Below, in pieces: positions 25,990 through 40,509 of a DNA stretch of 64,000 nucleotides (position 1 is its first letter; each line of letters starts with the position of its first letter). The position numbers and the translations under genes are program-made. The DNA lies in NCBI RefSeq assembly GCF_006345805.1, contig NC_043002.1, positions 64,418,001 through 64,482,000 of the forward strand. Reading direction: 5' to 3'. The DNA is from Octopus sinensis (Eukaryota). The notes below the pieces were generated by a model. That model had not been told where the DNA came from and made no database searches. It worked only from the letters and a program-made list of their open reading frames with translations.

Positions 25990-26195
25990 GGTGGTGAGCT
26001 GGCAGAATCGTTAGCACGCCATGGCGAATCGCTTAGAGTTATTTATGAGTTTATGTTCTGAGTTGAGTCTTTACGATCTAAGTTCAAATCCCACCGAGGT
26101 CGACTTTGACTTTCAGTCTTTCGGAGTCGATAAATTAAGTACAAGTTGCATACTGGGATCGATCTAATCCACTGGCCCCCTCCCTCAAACTTGTA
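25990..26195 (+). mobile_element. tRNA-derived SINE family 2
   Basis: GAGCTGGCAGAATCGTTAGCACG..AGTTCAAATCCCACCGAGGTCGAC. Other copies at 28330, 53005, 54840-55230 (minus), 57215 (minus) and 60393. Confidence 0.75.
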
Positions 26196-26261
26196 CAATG
26201 AATTACAAATGAATTATATGATGATTTGGCGTTTCTATGCAGTGTTATCAAAGTGGAGGCA

Positions 26262-26620
26262 CAATGGCGCACTAGTTAGGGCAGCGGATTCGAGGTCATA
26301 GGATCGCGGTTTCGATTCCCAGACCGTTTACTGAGCGAAAACTCCTAAATCTCCACGAGGCTCTGGCAGGGAGGGGTGGCGAAGCCTGCTGTATTCTTTT
26401 GCCACTTTCTCCCACTCTTTCTTCCTGTTTGTGTTCTATCCGTATTTCAAAGGGCCAGTCTTGTCACACTCTGTGCACGCTGAATCTCCCCGTGAACTAC
26501 ATTACGGGTATATGTGTCTGTGAATTGATCATCCACTTGCACGTTAATTTCACGAGCTGGCTGTTTCGTTGATCTGATCAACTGGAACCGTCGTCGTCGT
26601 AGCCGACGGAGTTGCACGAT
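26262..26620 (+). mobile_element. tRNA-derived SINE family 3
   Basis: tRNA-like head TGGCGCACTAGTTAGG..GGTTTCGATTCCC followed by a ~300-bp body. Confidence 0.7.
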
Positions 26621-26689
26621 ATTAAAGAAAAGTATTTTGTAGAAAATAGTAATGACATTAATTATGTTTAAAAATATGAATCAGATATA

Positions 26690-27066
26690 CACTACCGTCA
26701 GAAATTAATTAGCACCCTTGATTTGCTCTTCACTCAAGGTATGTGCTGTCACCTAGTGGTCATATCTCGAACTATTGCTTTGTTGCGAGTTCACTGTTGC
26801 ACAGAACGATGACGTAACTTTGTTTGCAGAGCAGTTTGAGAGTCTACAGCCTTATGATGTTGACATAGCAGTGCAACAACTTGGAGTGCGGATGCAGACA
26901 AATCTTCCTTTGTTTAATAGATATAGGTAGCGCCTCGCAAGGACCGAAATCACACCATACTAAGTTTTCTCATCGCGTAAGACGTTTTGAACAGCTTGTA
27001 GGTTAATTGATTTAACGTATTTAATGTAGAAATTTGAGAAGTGCTAATTAATTTCTGACGCAAGTG
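26690..27066. mobile_element. Tc1/mariner-type MITE (~377 bp)
   Basis: 26-bp TIRs CACT..CGTCAGAAATTAATTAGCAC, with TA on both sides. Confidence 0.85.
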
Positions 27067-27310
27067 TAAATATCGATACTGAAATACATGTTTACATATT
27101 TTGCAACATTTATTTTAATATGTTATCAGCGATTTAGGCTTGAAAATATTGAGAATTCTAAAATGATACGAAAATACAAATATAAATGAGGTTATTATGA
27201 ATATTAATAAAATATATGGATTGAATGCGGAAAATCGTATATGTATGTGTGAGAGAGAGAGCGACAGAGTGTGTTTGTGTGCATGGAAATGTATAGATAA
27301 ATTGATAGTT

Positions 27311-27363
<53 letters not shown>

Positions 27364-27397
27364 TAGATAGATAGATAGATGATAGATAGATAGATAG

Positions 27398-27472
<75 letters not shown>

Positions 27473-28600
27473 ATATATAGATATATAAATAGATAGATAG
27501 ATAGATGAATAGATAGATTTCTTGAAAGCAATTGCAATTTTCGAGTGCTTCTGGCTTTTTCTTTTCTTTAAGCTGAATAAAAGCAGTTTTCGAGATATGC
27601 TTTTCATATAATTTGATTTTATTTTCTTTGTTTTTGTTTTTGATTTTTCGTTTATTTTCAATGCCCTCTTATCCAATGTTTAAAATTTCTCTTTGTTTGA
27701 AATATTAGGAAGCGTAATAACTCTTACTGTTTGCATTCTGAAAATGGCGGCTGTCATATACATATCTTTCCATGTACTGAATAAATGCGTTCTGCATTTT
27801 TGATTCCTTAATTTGCTAATTTGAGCCGCTTTTGTGAAGATTTTTAAGTAAATGAACCTAGAAAATTTTTTGCTTGCGATCATTCTCAGTGTCTAGGGGA
27901 CTAGCTTTCCTTGCGAGTTTTAAGTTTCATAGTAACGCCTCCGAATTAAGCAACAAGCACCGATGAGGAAAAGTGGGGTTGGGGGAGGGGGTTGACAGAG
28001 TAAAATGCCTGAGCATTCGGATGAATCGACAACGACAACGCGTAATATTTGCTCCCCGACACTTGTAATTTGAAGGTATTGACAATGCTTCAAATTTTAA
28101 ATAACATCATTGAACTATTATGAATAAGCACAGGAACTTTGTAAACGGATCTAAGAATCAGATGGGGCTTACTTGTAAATGTCGAAATAGAACGTTGAAC
28201 CTTGGTGGGGACGGTCGACTCTACAATTTGTAATTGCTTTAAATTTCTCCACCGAAAATAAAGAAAATTAAAAACTGGTGATAAAGTAAATAAGGGCCAG
28301 GTTGCAATTAGGTATTTGCTATTCATTGTGAAAGCGGTGAGCTGGAAAATTCGTTATCACCTCGGACACAAATGCTTAGCGTTATTTCTTGTGGCTCTTT
28401 AGATTTTGAATTCAACTCCCGTGGATGTCAGCTTTCCCTTACCTCACTTCAGATGCGATCAAATTTTATATTCGTCAACTCGACTTGTCCCTTCCCCTCA
28501 AATCGTTGACTTTTAATACTCCGTATGCTGTGTCTTGCTCAGTTATACGCCATGTAATGGGCCTTATGACCAAACTTTCATAGATGGCTTTGTCATCCAG

Positions 28601-28646
<46 letters not shown>

Positions 28647-28680
28647 TATTATATATATATATATATATATAATATATATA

Positions 28681-28727
<47 letters not shown>

Positions 28728-29827
28728 GAGTTGAAGCTCATTGATATTGATATTGAAAAAAGAGTAATAAGGATGACCGCAGTCTGACTGAAACAGGTGA
28801 AATAGGAAAACTACGTAAGTTTGTATGTATGTTTGTATTATGTATGAATTTTAGACTATGCGCACTCGTATGCGTGCATGTTCTTGTGCGTATCGATATG
28901 TTTATGTTTGTATAGTTAAAGTTACACATCCACACATGTACTTCTTTCGAATTACTTTTCCATTAATGACAAAATCTGTTTGCACATATTACTGATACAC
29001 TAAAAAGATATTTCCCATATTCATTTCCCATATTCAAGCTATTCACATATGCTCATGAATTACATGGCGTCCTCCTCTCAACATATTTAATAATGTGAGA
29101 AAATTGCATTAGACAGGAGCAACTTCTAAATATATGGAGAGTTAAGGAAAAACTATTTCATATAAACAAGTACCATACTCCCCATTATATTCTAGACAAT
29201 ATCGTTCCAGACATATATAATTTTATATCGCCGTTCATTTTGAAGATGAAGCTGATCATTAATGCTTCTCACATTTATCACGAAACACATCACAACTTAT
29301 ACTTTACTGCAGGTCATGTAATAATATCTTATAAGTGCAAACTGTAGAAGAAATATATCTTATAAAATAGAGAAGAAATATCAGTTACCAGACACATGTT
29401 AACATTTTTACGCTTCCTCTTTTCGGTCACATCACATGTATACTATAATAACAGAGCACTTGCGTTTTGTGATATTTTGCATTTTGTAGTTCACAGCGGT
29501 TAATTTCTTTTACAAATTATTAGAATAACTTCACAGCATTTCCGCCCACACTGAAATATATATATGCATATACAAACGTAGACATACGCGCGAGCACTCA
29601 CACACATATGTATATATATACGTATATGTTGTGACCGGCTCTCCCAGGCGAGAATTGGGCTGGTCCACAACTAACAAATAGTGGACTGACACAGTCAGTA
29701 GAGTCGGTCGGCGATGGCACGCCGTTGAGACCAGTCCCGTAGAGACGATGAAATAGGTTGGTCATCACGGGAAGTATCAGTGGCGACGAGGCATCGGACA
29801 ATATCACCACACGGGGGATATCAATAT

Positions 29828-29834
29828 GTATGTT

Positions 29835-29933
<99 letters not shown>

Positions 29934-30107
29934 GTATGTATGTATATATGTATATATATATATATGTATATATATACATACATGTATATATATGTATATA
30001 TATATATATATGTATATATATATGTATATATGTATATATATGCATATATATACATATATATATATGTATATATATATATATTATATATATATATATTATA
30101 TATATAT

Positions 30108-30187
<80 letters not shown>

Positions 30188-30190
30188 GTA
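29828..30190. repeat. Long imperfect (TA)n microsatellite, representative of dozens of TA/CA/GATA/GA arrays
   Basis: Direct inspection. GATA/TCTA arrays at 10070-10300, 27360-27515 and 49375-49465. Confidence 0.95.
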
Positions 30191-30797
30191 TGTATATGTA
30201 CATGCATATATGGGTACAGGACATCAAAAAACGTTGAACACAATGAGAAACTAAAACATAAAAACTAAAGCATAGAAACGAACTTTTTTCTAACAACGAA
30301 AAAAACAAACATAAAAACGAGACATAAAACATAAAGAATATTCCTCTTCTTCAGTTGTCCCTGTATCATCTACTCCGCCAATTCGAAGGCAAGGACATGA
30401 CGCGACTTCGTTGAAACAGTCCTTCACGCAAAGCAAATTTAATAAAATTTGGGAATTTTTGCGGAGCTGTGAAAGTGTTAACAAGAACAGGAAAGTAAGA
30501 ACAAAACAATACAAAGAACAGGACAGTGAGAATAAAACAGTAAAAACAAATGGTGATGGCACTTAAACCTTGACGATAGAAAAATTATTCTGATACGTAT
30601 GTACCTATGTATGTATATGTTTAAAAGACACACACATCACGTAATGATTCTACGCTGTTGCTTGGGCAGGCAAGCCACCGTTTCCCTTGATCGCATGCCT
30701 AGTCCATCTTAGATTTATCCAATTACAGCTGAGTGGACTAGAACAACTAGAAATGAAGTGTTCTACTTAAGAATTCAACACTTGCATGTGAGTATGG

Positions 30798-30828
<31 letters not shown>

Positions 30829-32964
30829 TGTATGTATGTATGTATGTATGTATGTATGTGTTGTATTTCGAGATGGTCATTTTGCAAAATATACACAGGC
30901 GCTATATGTTCGTTCTTCTCTTCAGCTTTATTATTGTTCTTGTTTTTGTGTCATTTGTCTGAAATCTTTCGTCGCCTATCCTGTGACCTCTTCACATCTT
31001 GAGGAGAGACGTGGCATGGAGAGTCGCTGGAGAATTGTAGAGGTCACAAGATGAGTGACGAAAGATTTCAGACGAGGGATGCTAAAATAAGAAAAATAAT
31101 AAAGCCGAAGTCAAGAACGGATACATTGTGTCTGTTTATATTTGACAAAAACAAAAATAACCATCCCGAAATATAAAAATACCTGGTTTGACAGGTATCT
31201 TCACAGCAACAATTTTGCAAAACGAATGTACAAACTTTATATATATACACACAAAAGGAAAATTAGTTAATATTCAAGTAGCTTTTGGTGATTTATTGAT
31301 ATTCTGAGATTACTCTCCGTTGATTAGTTCCATGTCTTACGAGCCTTCTCACTTATTCATCAAATGCTGTATTCATCAAATGCAACATTTAAGAACGTTT
31401 GTATGAGCTACGGAAATATTTGAGCTGCGTTTCAAATCAACCAAGGCGTATTCTGGTACCATATGCCAAAATATTCTCTAAGGAACCAAGAATCAACGTA
31501 ATGACATTTGAGGAATATATTTTTAAAATTTTTAAATGCTTGGGATTCTTCATAATAATACCAAGAGGATTAATGTAGGTATAGTGTATAACATAACTAT
31601 ATGATTTAGAAATATTTTTTATCTGTTATTGTATTTAAAAAATTTATGAAGTTCTTAAGGCATGGAATATGTATTTATATGTTGTCATATGATTAATTAT
31701 CTCCATGTCATATAGACACATTCATACAGCATATATGGCTATAAAGTTTTATGTGTTTAGATGTATATGTGTAATGTGTATACCTGTATATGTGTGCATG
31801 TGATGTGTGCGTATAGAGATAGATAGATACATAGATAAATAGGTACGTATGCATGCGTGTATGGGTGTATGTGAACGTGTGTTGCTGGGGTCCTTCTATG
31901 TGTGATATTTTGCAAACTTAATTCCAAAAACATGCTTCTATAATTACAGCTATGAATATAAACTTTGGGAGAACAATTTAAATATCTATGCATATGTACG
32001 TGAGCTGTTAATTCCCTTTGAGAAGCTATAATGCGCTAGCTTAAACGTTTATAAATGCATGCATGTATACAAGTGTGCACATATATATGATGTATAAGTT
32101 TTGATGCCTATACTACTGTATATGCAATTTGTTGCTGAAAGTTTGTATGTCTAGGAAAGCAGAACACGCTTAGCGACTTCAATCAATGAATACTTTTTTA
32201 AATGAAAACGTACATAGCAAAATTTTATCAATATAATATCTCCCATTTTATTAAATGCCAATCAATACAAACGTATCAAAATAGGAAAGCAAAAATATTA
32301 GATCAAGATATGTTGTCTATTAACTGATGATGTTTAACGGAGGAAAAAATTCAATAATGACATGATAAATATCTTTTAAAAAAATACTTCATATTAATTT
32401 ACTTCTAAAACATGCTATTTGGAAGCTTTTACACGACATTTCTAGCTTTGTATTGTAAGTGGTTACAGTTGTGACATACGGATATTAAAGGAAATCGGAA
32501 GTTGAGTCTCTTGAAATTAGAAAAAATAAAATTTATCATCTGAAATATGTGAATTAATTATTTATATGAATATGTGTCCTGGTTTTCAACTTTGTTTCTC
32601 TATTGGTTTTATTTTGCATGGATAATGGCGTAAATATCTTTAAATATATGTTTAGTTTTTCTTGTAAATTTTCTGAACTACAGTAAACGTCGCTGAATAT
32701 TCTATAAATATCAGGTAAATCACTAACTCATCAAAGAAGATCACATCTAATAATAGGTTGTTCGATTCAGTATAACGAAAGTGAAATCGGAATTGCCATG
32801 CACGTCCCAATTTTCTTTTCATGAGTATGCTCCTTCATACATTATATGCACAAAAATGAAGTCAACAACAAAATTATAGCTAAACTGAATACAGGATTAT
32901 CCTCATCATAACGTCGCCAAAATGTAACAACTACAATACTTGAATAAACGTTAAAAATTAAATA

Positions 32965-33006
32965 ACTATAATAATAATAATGATGATAATAATAATAATA
33001 ATAATA

Positions 33007-33059
<53 letters not shown>

Positions 33060-33075
33060 TAATAATAATAATAAA
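32965..33075. repeat. (TAA)n microsatellite, representative of many
   Basis: Direct inspection. Others at 3830-3960, 5010-5250, 35177-35610, 38215-38375 and 46826-46910. Confidence 0.95.
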
Positions 33076-33079
33076 ATAA

Positions 33080-35176
33080 CGAAACCAAACTTCCAAAACT
33101 CTATCGGCCTATAACCTGTTTATCCACCACGTATAAAATCCTAGCATCTATCCTGGCGGAGAAAATATATGTATTCATGGAGAAGAACGATATTTTCCCC
33201 ATTGAACAAAAAGGGTGCCGCCGAGGCTCATACGGATGCAAAGACCAACTGCTAATTAATCGTATGGTCCTTGAGAACTGTCACAACAAGCGCAGAGATC
33301 TCAGCTCCGCATGGATTGATTATAAAAAGGCCTTCGACAATATACCGCATCCATGGATCTTGAGATCACTGGACATCTTCAAAATTTCCCCTGTGATTTC
33401 AAGCTTCCTGAAGCATAATATGTCGTTGTGGAATACGAATCTCCAATTATACCACTCTAATGGAGTACTTGCCTCAGAAAATATAAACATCAACTGTGGC
33501 ATTTTTCAAGGTGACTCACTTTCACCTTTAATATTCTGCATAGCCCTAATACCCCTTACAGTGAATTAAACAGTACAGGGTATGGGTATAAAATTGTCAA
33601 TAAGAAAAATAAGCCATCTATTTTATATGGATGTCTTAAAACTCTATGGTAAAGACGATAATGAACTTGAAGGCCTATTGCGCACTGTGAAAGCATTCAG
33701 TGATGACATCGGGATGGAGTTTGGGCTTGAGAAGTGTGCCAAGGTCACTTTCCAGAAAGGGAAAGTGAAGACTACAAATTCAGTCGTGTTAGATGCTGAC
33801 ACAGTCATAAGAGAGCTTGAGCAAGAACAAACCTACAAATATTTAGGAATAAATGAAGGTTCTGGTATTCAGCATGCAACCATGAAAGAGAAGATCAGGA
33901 AGGAATGTTATAGGAGAGATCGAGCAATCCTGAAATCTGAACTAAATGCACGTAACAAGGTATTAGCTATAAATTCCTTAGCATTTCCAGATGTTACTTA
34001 TAGCTACAATGTGTTGAACTGGAATATGAGTGAAGTAAAGAAAATAGATAGAAAAATACGCAACTGTTGAGTTGTAATAGGATGCAACACCCAGAGGCAG
34101 ACGTAGGTCGCCTTTACTTCCCCAGAGCCCAAGAAGGTCGGGACCTGATACAATTTGAACTAGCTTACAAAACAACCACAATTGGACTGGCCAAATATCT
34201 TGAAATAACGAATGACTGGATGCTAAAGCTCGTGGAAAATCGCGAGAGACGAAAGAAGCTTCATTCTATCATAAAGGACAGCAAATGATTTGCTATTGAT
34301 CTCGTGCAGGATACCCAAACTGAACAACCCGAGGGAAGTACGGCAACTATTGTTGCAAAGAAGGTGAAAATAATGGCAACGAAAAAAGCGCCCGAGCAAT
34401 TGGCTGATAGGTGGGAGGAGAAACATCTGCACGGCAAATATGTAGCCCGTAACAAACAACCTGATGTTGACCAGAAGCAAACCCATCAGTGGCTAAGGAG
34501 CTCAAGGCTAAAAGCAGAGAGCGAAGGTTTCATCCTGGCTGCTCAAGATCAAAGCCTATTAACCCGGAACTACCAGGCCAATGTGATGAAAAATGGAGCA
34601 GACCCAAAATGCCGATTCTGCAACGACATGATTGAAACAGTGGACCACCTAATCTCTGGATGTAAAGTCTTAGCACCAGTGGAGTATAAATTAAGGCATG
34701 ACAGAGTTGGCCAATATCTACACTGGCTAATAAGTCGGCATTACAATATCAAAACTGCCGACAAGTGGTATAATCACCACCCTGAAGCTGTAACTGAAAG
34801 AGAAAATGTAACGATTCTGTGGGACTTTCCAGTACATACAGACCGAACCATCAAAGCCAATAAACCGGATATTGTTGTGAAAGACCAAAATAATAAAGTC
34901 TGCTTATTGATCGACATGAGCAAGAATTGCAAAAGATTGTCTTAACTGGTACATCACACGTATTGAGAAGAGCATTGTCGATGTGAGAACTATCACTATC
35001 CATGTATTTTAATTTAACTTTATTTCTATAAAAAAAAAAATTTTTTTCTGAAGGAACTAGTGAGTTTAGTTTAATGGCCTACCAATGATTACTATGAGTT
35101 TCTTTGCTCTAGGAGTCGGGAAGACACTCGGCAAGAAATGGAAGCAAATTTGAAAGAAGAAGAAAAACCCATGATG
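33080..35176 (+). mobile_element. Dong/R4-clade non-LTR retrotransposon (RT, CCHC, RLE), 5'-truncated, with an internal deletion in the endonuclease
   Basis: YRPITCL, EQKG, WIDYKKAFD, GIFQGDSLSP, YMDVLKLY, CRFC..HLISGC, RHDRV and KPDIVV motifs. The frame jumps from LIDMS to QELQKIVLTGTSHVLRRALSM*. (TAA)n on both flanks. Confidence 0.93.
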
Positions 35177-35230
<54 letters not shown>

Positions 35231-35232
<2 letters not shown>

Positions 35233-35361
35233 GAATGTACAGAACACTTTCCATACAATAACCATCAGAGCATCACAACAAATCACAGCACATACCCAAG
35301 GCACACAGAGCTGCGCTCGGTAGTGAAGTGAAAGCACGCTATAAAAATAAAAATAAAACTA

Positions 35362-35365
<4 letters not shown>
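35231..35365 (+). mobile_element. Very short 3'-end copy of a TAA-targeting (Dong/R4-like) element
   Basis: Non-coding tail between TAA arrays, near-identical to 5084-5188 (minus). Confidence 0.65.
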
Positions 35366-35401
<36 letters not shown>

Positions 35402-35431
35402 GTAAGAATAATAATAATAATAATAATAATA

Positions 35432-35476
<45 letters not shown>

Positions 35477-35499
35477 GAATAATAATAATAATAATAATA

Positions 35500-35563
<64 letters not shown>

Positions 35564-35610
35564 TATAATAATAATAATAATAATAAAATAATAATAATAA
35601 TAATAATAAT

Positions 35611-38207
35611 GGGAGTGACAGAAGAAAAAGTGGAAAAGAAGAATACAGACGGGGATAAATTATGCTCTCGAAGGACATTTCCGTTTTAGACCGAAAAGAA
35701 AAGGAGAAGCTTAATAACGAAGAAAAATACAGCGAACTGGAAGTATGATATTGAAGGAAAGGGCCTGAAATTGGTAATCGAGGAAGTAAAACGGCGCCTC
35801 CTTGCAAAGAAAGCAAAGATGGTTAGACACGACCAAAGACTGAAGGGATATCAACAGAATACTTTATTCAGAGTAGATCAGAAGAGTTTCTGTAAAGAAA
35901 GAAATTGAATGTGTACAAATGAAAAGTTGATGCCAGATGACATTGAAAGTCAAAGATTTTGGAGTAACATCTGGAGCAAAGTAAAGGGTCACAAGAAGTA
36001 TGCTGTATGGTTGCAAGAACTGAAACAAACAGTGGTCTGTCCAAAACAGGCAGAGCTAGTTATTTCAGTTAGGGAAGTGAAGGAAATCAGCAAAGAAATG
36101 AGCAAATGGAAGGCCTCGGGACCAGATGGAGTTCAAGGCTACTGGATCAAAAGGTTTGGGGAATGTCATGCACGAATAGTTGCACAACTAAACACCTTGT
36201 TAAATGCTGACCAAGTAACACCGCAGTGATTGACAATTGGCAGGACAGTCCTCTGCTTGAAAGACATCGAAAAATGCAATACGGTAGACAATTAAAGACC
36301 CATACTCTGCTTTTCATTTAATTAGAAATTATTGACTGGAATTATTGACAGAGTGTACGGACATCCGGAAAAAAAAGGATTCCTACCACATGAGCGGAAA
36401 AGTAGCAAGCGTAAGTGCAGTGGTACGAAGATAGATCTCCTGGTAAACAAAACAGTACTTAGAGACTGCAAGAAGAGGACAGCTATCTAAATCATACCCT
36501 GGATCGATTATCGTAAGGTGTACGAGATAATCCAACATTCTTGGATTACGGAATATATGAACTTAGTTTGTATTGCATCAAATGTCGAGCAATTGCTTGG
36601 AAAAAGTATGGCGAAGTGGCGGATGGAACTGGCAGCATATGGAAGAAATTTAGGGACAATAGAAATCAGGAGAGGCATCTTGCAAGGGAACTACCTGTAC
36701 TCACTGATCTTTGTACTGCGCATGGTACCATTAACCATGATTCTGAGGAAAGCAAAGGCTGGGTATGTATTCAAGAGCCGCCAACAAAAATATAACCACT
36801 TGTTATTAATTGATGACCTCAAAAATAATAGTAAAGATGAAACGGTGTATACTTTCAGAACTGATATCAGAATGGAGTTCAGACTGGTAGAGTGTGGTGT
36901 GTTACTCTTGAAAAGAGACAAAATCAAATATATCGGCTGACTAGCGATATCGTCGAGGTTGTTATGAAACAGATAGAAGAGACAGATTCTAGTGGATACT
37001 GGAAATGGATAAATTGATGGAGAAAGAAATGACAGAAAAAATTAAGCTGGAGTATTTGCGCAGACTGAGACAGAAACTAAATTCGAAATTAAACGGACAA
37101 AATAATATTGAAACTATCAACACCTGGGCGTTTTCACTAATTAGATATGGAGCAAGGATAATCGCATGGACAGTAGACGAACTAAACAGCTTAGACACAA
37201 AGACAAATTGACACAGAAAGACAAGAAAAAGATGGGGAAGAGGACTGACTGGATTCGAACACAGCATAACAGCAGAAGAAAACAACATAGTATGGTACGT
37301 AGAAATGCCACAGAACCACTATTATTGAAATAAGGTAAGACTTGCGTAGGATAGAAAACTGCAAAGATTAAGCACTATACAAGTACTTGAGAATGAATGG
37401 AACTGAAAATAGATGGATAAAAAAAAGAATGCATGGACAATTGAAGATATGATAGACAGAGAAAAAGTGATTTATAACCGGACACGGAGACTCTTATTTA
37501 TGCTGCCCAAGAGAAAGCGTTAAGAACGAATTACATCAAATTTAGAATAGGCAACACATCAGAAAGTGATAAATGCAGAATTTGTGGACGAAATGGTGAG
37601 ACCGTAACGCATATAACCAGTCAATATACGCTAGTAGCCCAGAAAGAATATAAGAAAAGTCATGACAATATAGCAAGAATTGTTCATTGGACACTTAGCA
37701 ACAAGTATGAACTTGACAGAGCAAAAAAGTGATAGGAGCATAAACCCGAAGGAATCATCGGAAAGCTTAAGGCAAAGATCTTATGGCATTTTATGATTCA
37801 GTGCGACCCTGAGTTAGGGAATAGGAAGTCAGAGATACTGTTAATTGAGAACGAAAGCAAACGATGCTGGATCATAGATATAGAATATCCAGCTGATAAC
37901 AAGGTATGCGATAAGGAAGAAAATAAAGTCGATAGATATGATAGGTTAGCTTGGGAGGTTAAGCAGTTGTGGTCACTGATAAAGATGGTAGTAGTACCAA
38001 TAATTGTCGGAGCACTGGGAACAGTGAGTAAAATCTAGACTAGTACATGGAACAAATAGGGGCTGCAATAAGGATGGAGCACTTGCAGAAAACTGCACTG
38101 CTTGGAACTGTTCGAAAACTCCGAAAATTAAGGGGTGTTACCTTAGTTCACAGGTAGGGAATATCTGGCGCCTTAGTACATCTCCAGCGTTCGAAGCTGT
38201 GCAAAGA
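35611..38207 (+). mobile_element. Degenerate Dong/R4 element (second subfamily)
   Basis: KASGPDGVQGYWIK, GILQG, CRIC, SEILL..CWIIDIEYPAD and VVVPIIVGALGT motifs, with many stops and frameshifts. TAA/GAT repeats on the flanks. Confidence 0.9.
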
Positions 38208-38244
38208 TAATGAATAATGATAACGATGATGATGATGATGATGA

Positions 38245-38297
<53 letters not shown>

Positions 38298-38331
38298 ACT
38301 ACTACTACTACTAATAATAATAATAATAATA

Positions 38332-38364
<33 letters not shown>

Positions 38365-38375
38365 TAATAATAATA

Positions 38376-38527
38376 TACCGAGAAGAGCATTATCGCTGTG
38401 AAAACAACATCCATTCATGAATTTATTTATTTATTAAATTTTTACATACATATTTTACCTGTGCCCTAGGTGTACGAAAAACACTCAGCTAGAAACGGAA
38501 GAAACTTTGAAGAAAGAAGGAAAAGAT
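38376..38527 (+). mobile_element. ~150-bp Dong/R4 3' end (ORF terminus RRALSL* plus 3' UTR)
   Basis: Homologous to 34956-35176. TAA upstream. Confidence 0.65.
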
Positions 38528-38545
38528 AATAATAAAAGTTCTTCA

Positions 38546-39280
38546 AAACGGTTCTGACCCTAAATGCAGATTCTGCGTCACATTTGAGGAAACAATAGAC
38601 CATCTTCTTCCGAGATGACTGGTGCTGACACAATTCGAATACAAAAATTGCCACGATAGTGAAGGACTGTATTTACATTGGAAACTTGGTAAACACTATA
38701 AAATCAGTACTCCTACTTACTGGTACGAACACCATCCCCACCTAGACGTTCAAGGTAAAAATGTCACTACCGTCTGGGATTTTCCAGTCAACACTGGCAG
38801 AACGATCTAGGCTATTCGACTAGATATAATGATTAAAGACAGGGAAGAAAATAAATATACACTAATAAATGTAAGTGTTCTTACTAATAAAATTATATCT
38901 GTCAAGGAATGTGGCAAACTAAGTAAATAAAAGGACCAAGAAATTGAAATATAAGAGATGTGACATCTCAAAACGAGGGCTGTTCCTCTTATTTCAGGTA
39001 CCCTAGATGTGCTAAAAAATGGATGTCAGAAAAATCTAGATAAAATCCCAAGAGAACCGTAGCTCATATAAATCAAAAATATTGAACTGACAACTACTGC
39101 CCACATCCTTAATAAAACCCTATCCATTTAAGAATCTGTTTTGTATTACATGAACATATTTCACTACCTCCCCTCTCCAAGCTTTTAGTCATATTGTAAC
39201 ATCTCTTCTCCTTCACTCGCCCCCAGGACGTCGGGTGTGCCTCGGTAAGGGACTGTAACAAAGATGCCGATTAAAAGTAA
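38546..39280 (+). mobile_element. Degenerate Dong/R4 3' fragment (CCHC plus RLE)
   Basis: DPKCRFC..DHL, WYEHHP, VWDFPVNT and IRLDIMIK motifs. Ends in (TAA)n. Confidence 0.85.
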
Positions 39281-39801
39281 AAATAATAATAATAAAAACA
39301 AATGAACAAAGTTAACTGAATCAAGAAAAATTCAAAGGCGCCCATATTAGAATAATACGCAAAACACATTCAATGATGTAGTTTGCATGGGTCAAATATT
39401 ATGCAGAATTTTTTGGAATAAAACTAAAATTGACATGTTTCGTTGTATGTATTAAATGAGACGAAACTAAAATCTCTTCGATAAAATTTTATTATTTCTG
39501 ATTTGAAATGTACTCGATTCTCTCAACGAACAAATTTGAAATTTCTACAGAAACCAAAACAAAATTAATTTGATGCTACTAACTAACTCAATAGCCTGGA
39601 GTATTGAGACGTGGAACGTAATGAGTTTCGGCGATGACTTAACCGATCTGGAATCGATCTATTTAATTATCTTAGCACACATCAGATAACACATGAGCTA
39701 CTAAAAGACTCTTAGGAAGCACCGGCACATTTAAAACAACTGACAAATTAACCTGCCAGCACGATTCTCCTAATATATATAAATTTATATATATATACAC
39801 G

Positions 39802-39841
<40 letters not shown>

Positions 39842-39956
39842 ATACAATAATAATAATAATAATAATAATAATAAAGGGGTAAAAAATTAATTAATTTTAC
39901 CGAGTATTGTTCAGTATGTAAAAATACCATTTACGGTATATTTGAAACATTACGTT

Positions 39957-40211
<255 letters not shown>

Positions 40212-40398
40212 CATACAAAATTAGAAAATGGAGAAACATACTTAAATATATCAAACATCAACCAACAGATGATACCCAATCAATACTTTATTACACCATT
40301 ACATAACAGTAAAGGCATTATACAAAATATATTGTAAATATAATTAGACAAGGAAATATAAATATAAAATATAAAATATAATATGTAATTATATCATA

Positions 40399-40509
40399 TC
40401 TGACAGCTGTTTCGGCAGTAAGGGCAATCATGCCTCATTTAACCTATAAGCCATATAAGGCAGGTATAAATGAGACATTAACAAGGATGCCCCACGGCCT
40501 CTTCAGAGA
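40399..40509 (-). ncRNA. Type I hammerhead ribozyme in a PLE-type repeat
   Basis: Minus strand TCT-CTGAAGA-GGC...GCC-GAAA-CAGCTG-TC-AGA. Long extended stem II containing CTCATTTA/TAAATGAG. Stem I is only 3 bp. Confidence 0.78.

Noticed and set aside
30330-30430. Possible type II hammerhead on the minus strand (GAAG-TCGC-GTC ... CTGAAGA)
   Set aside because: GAAA is replaced by GAAG, there is no stem II complement, and stem I has a mismatch.
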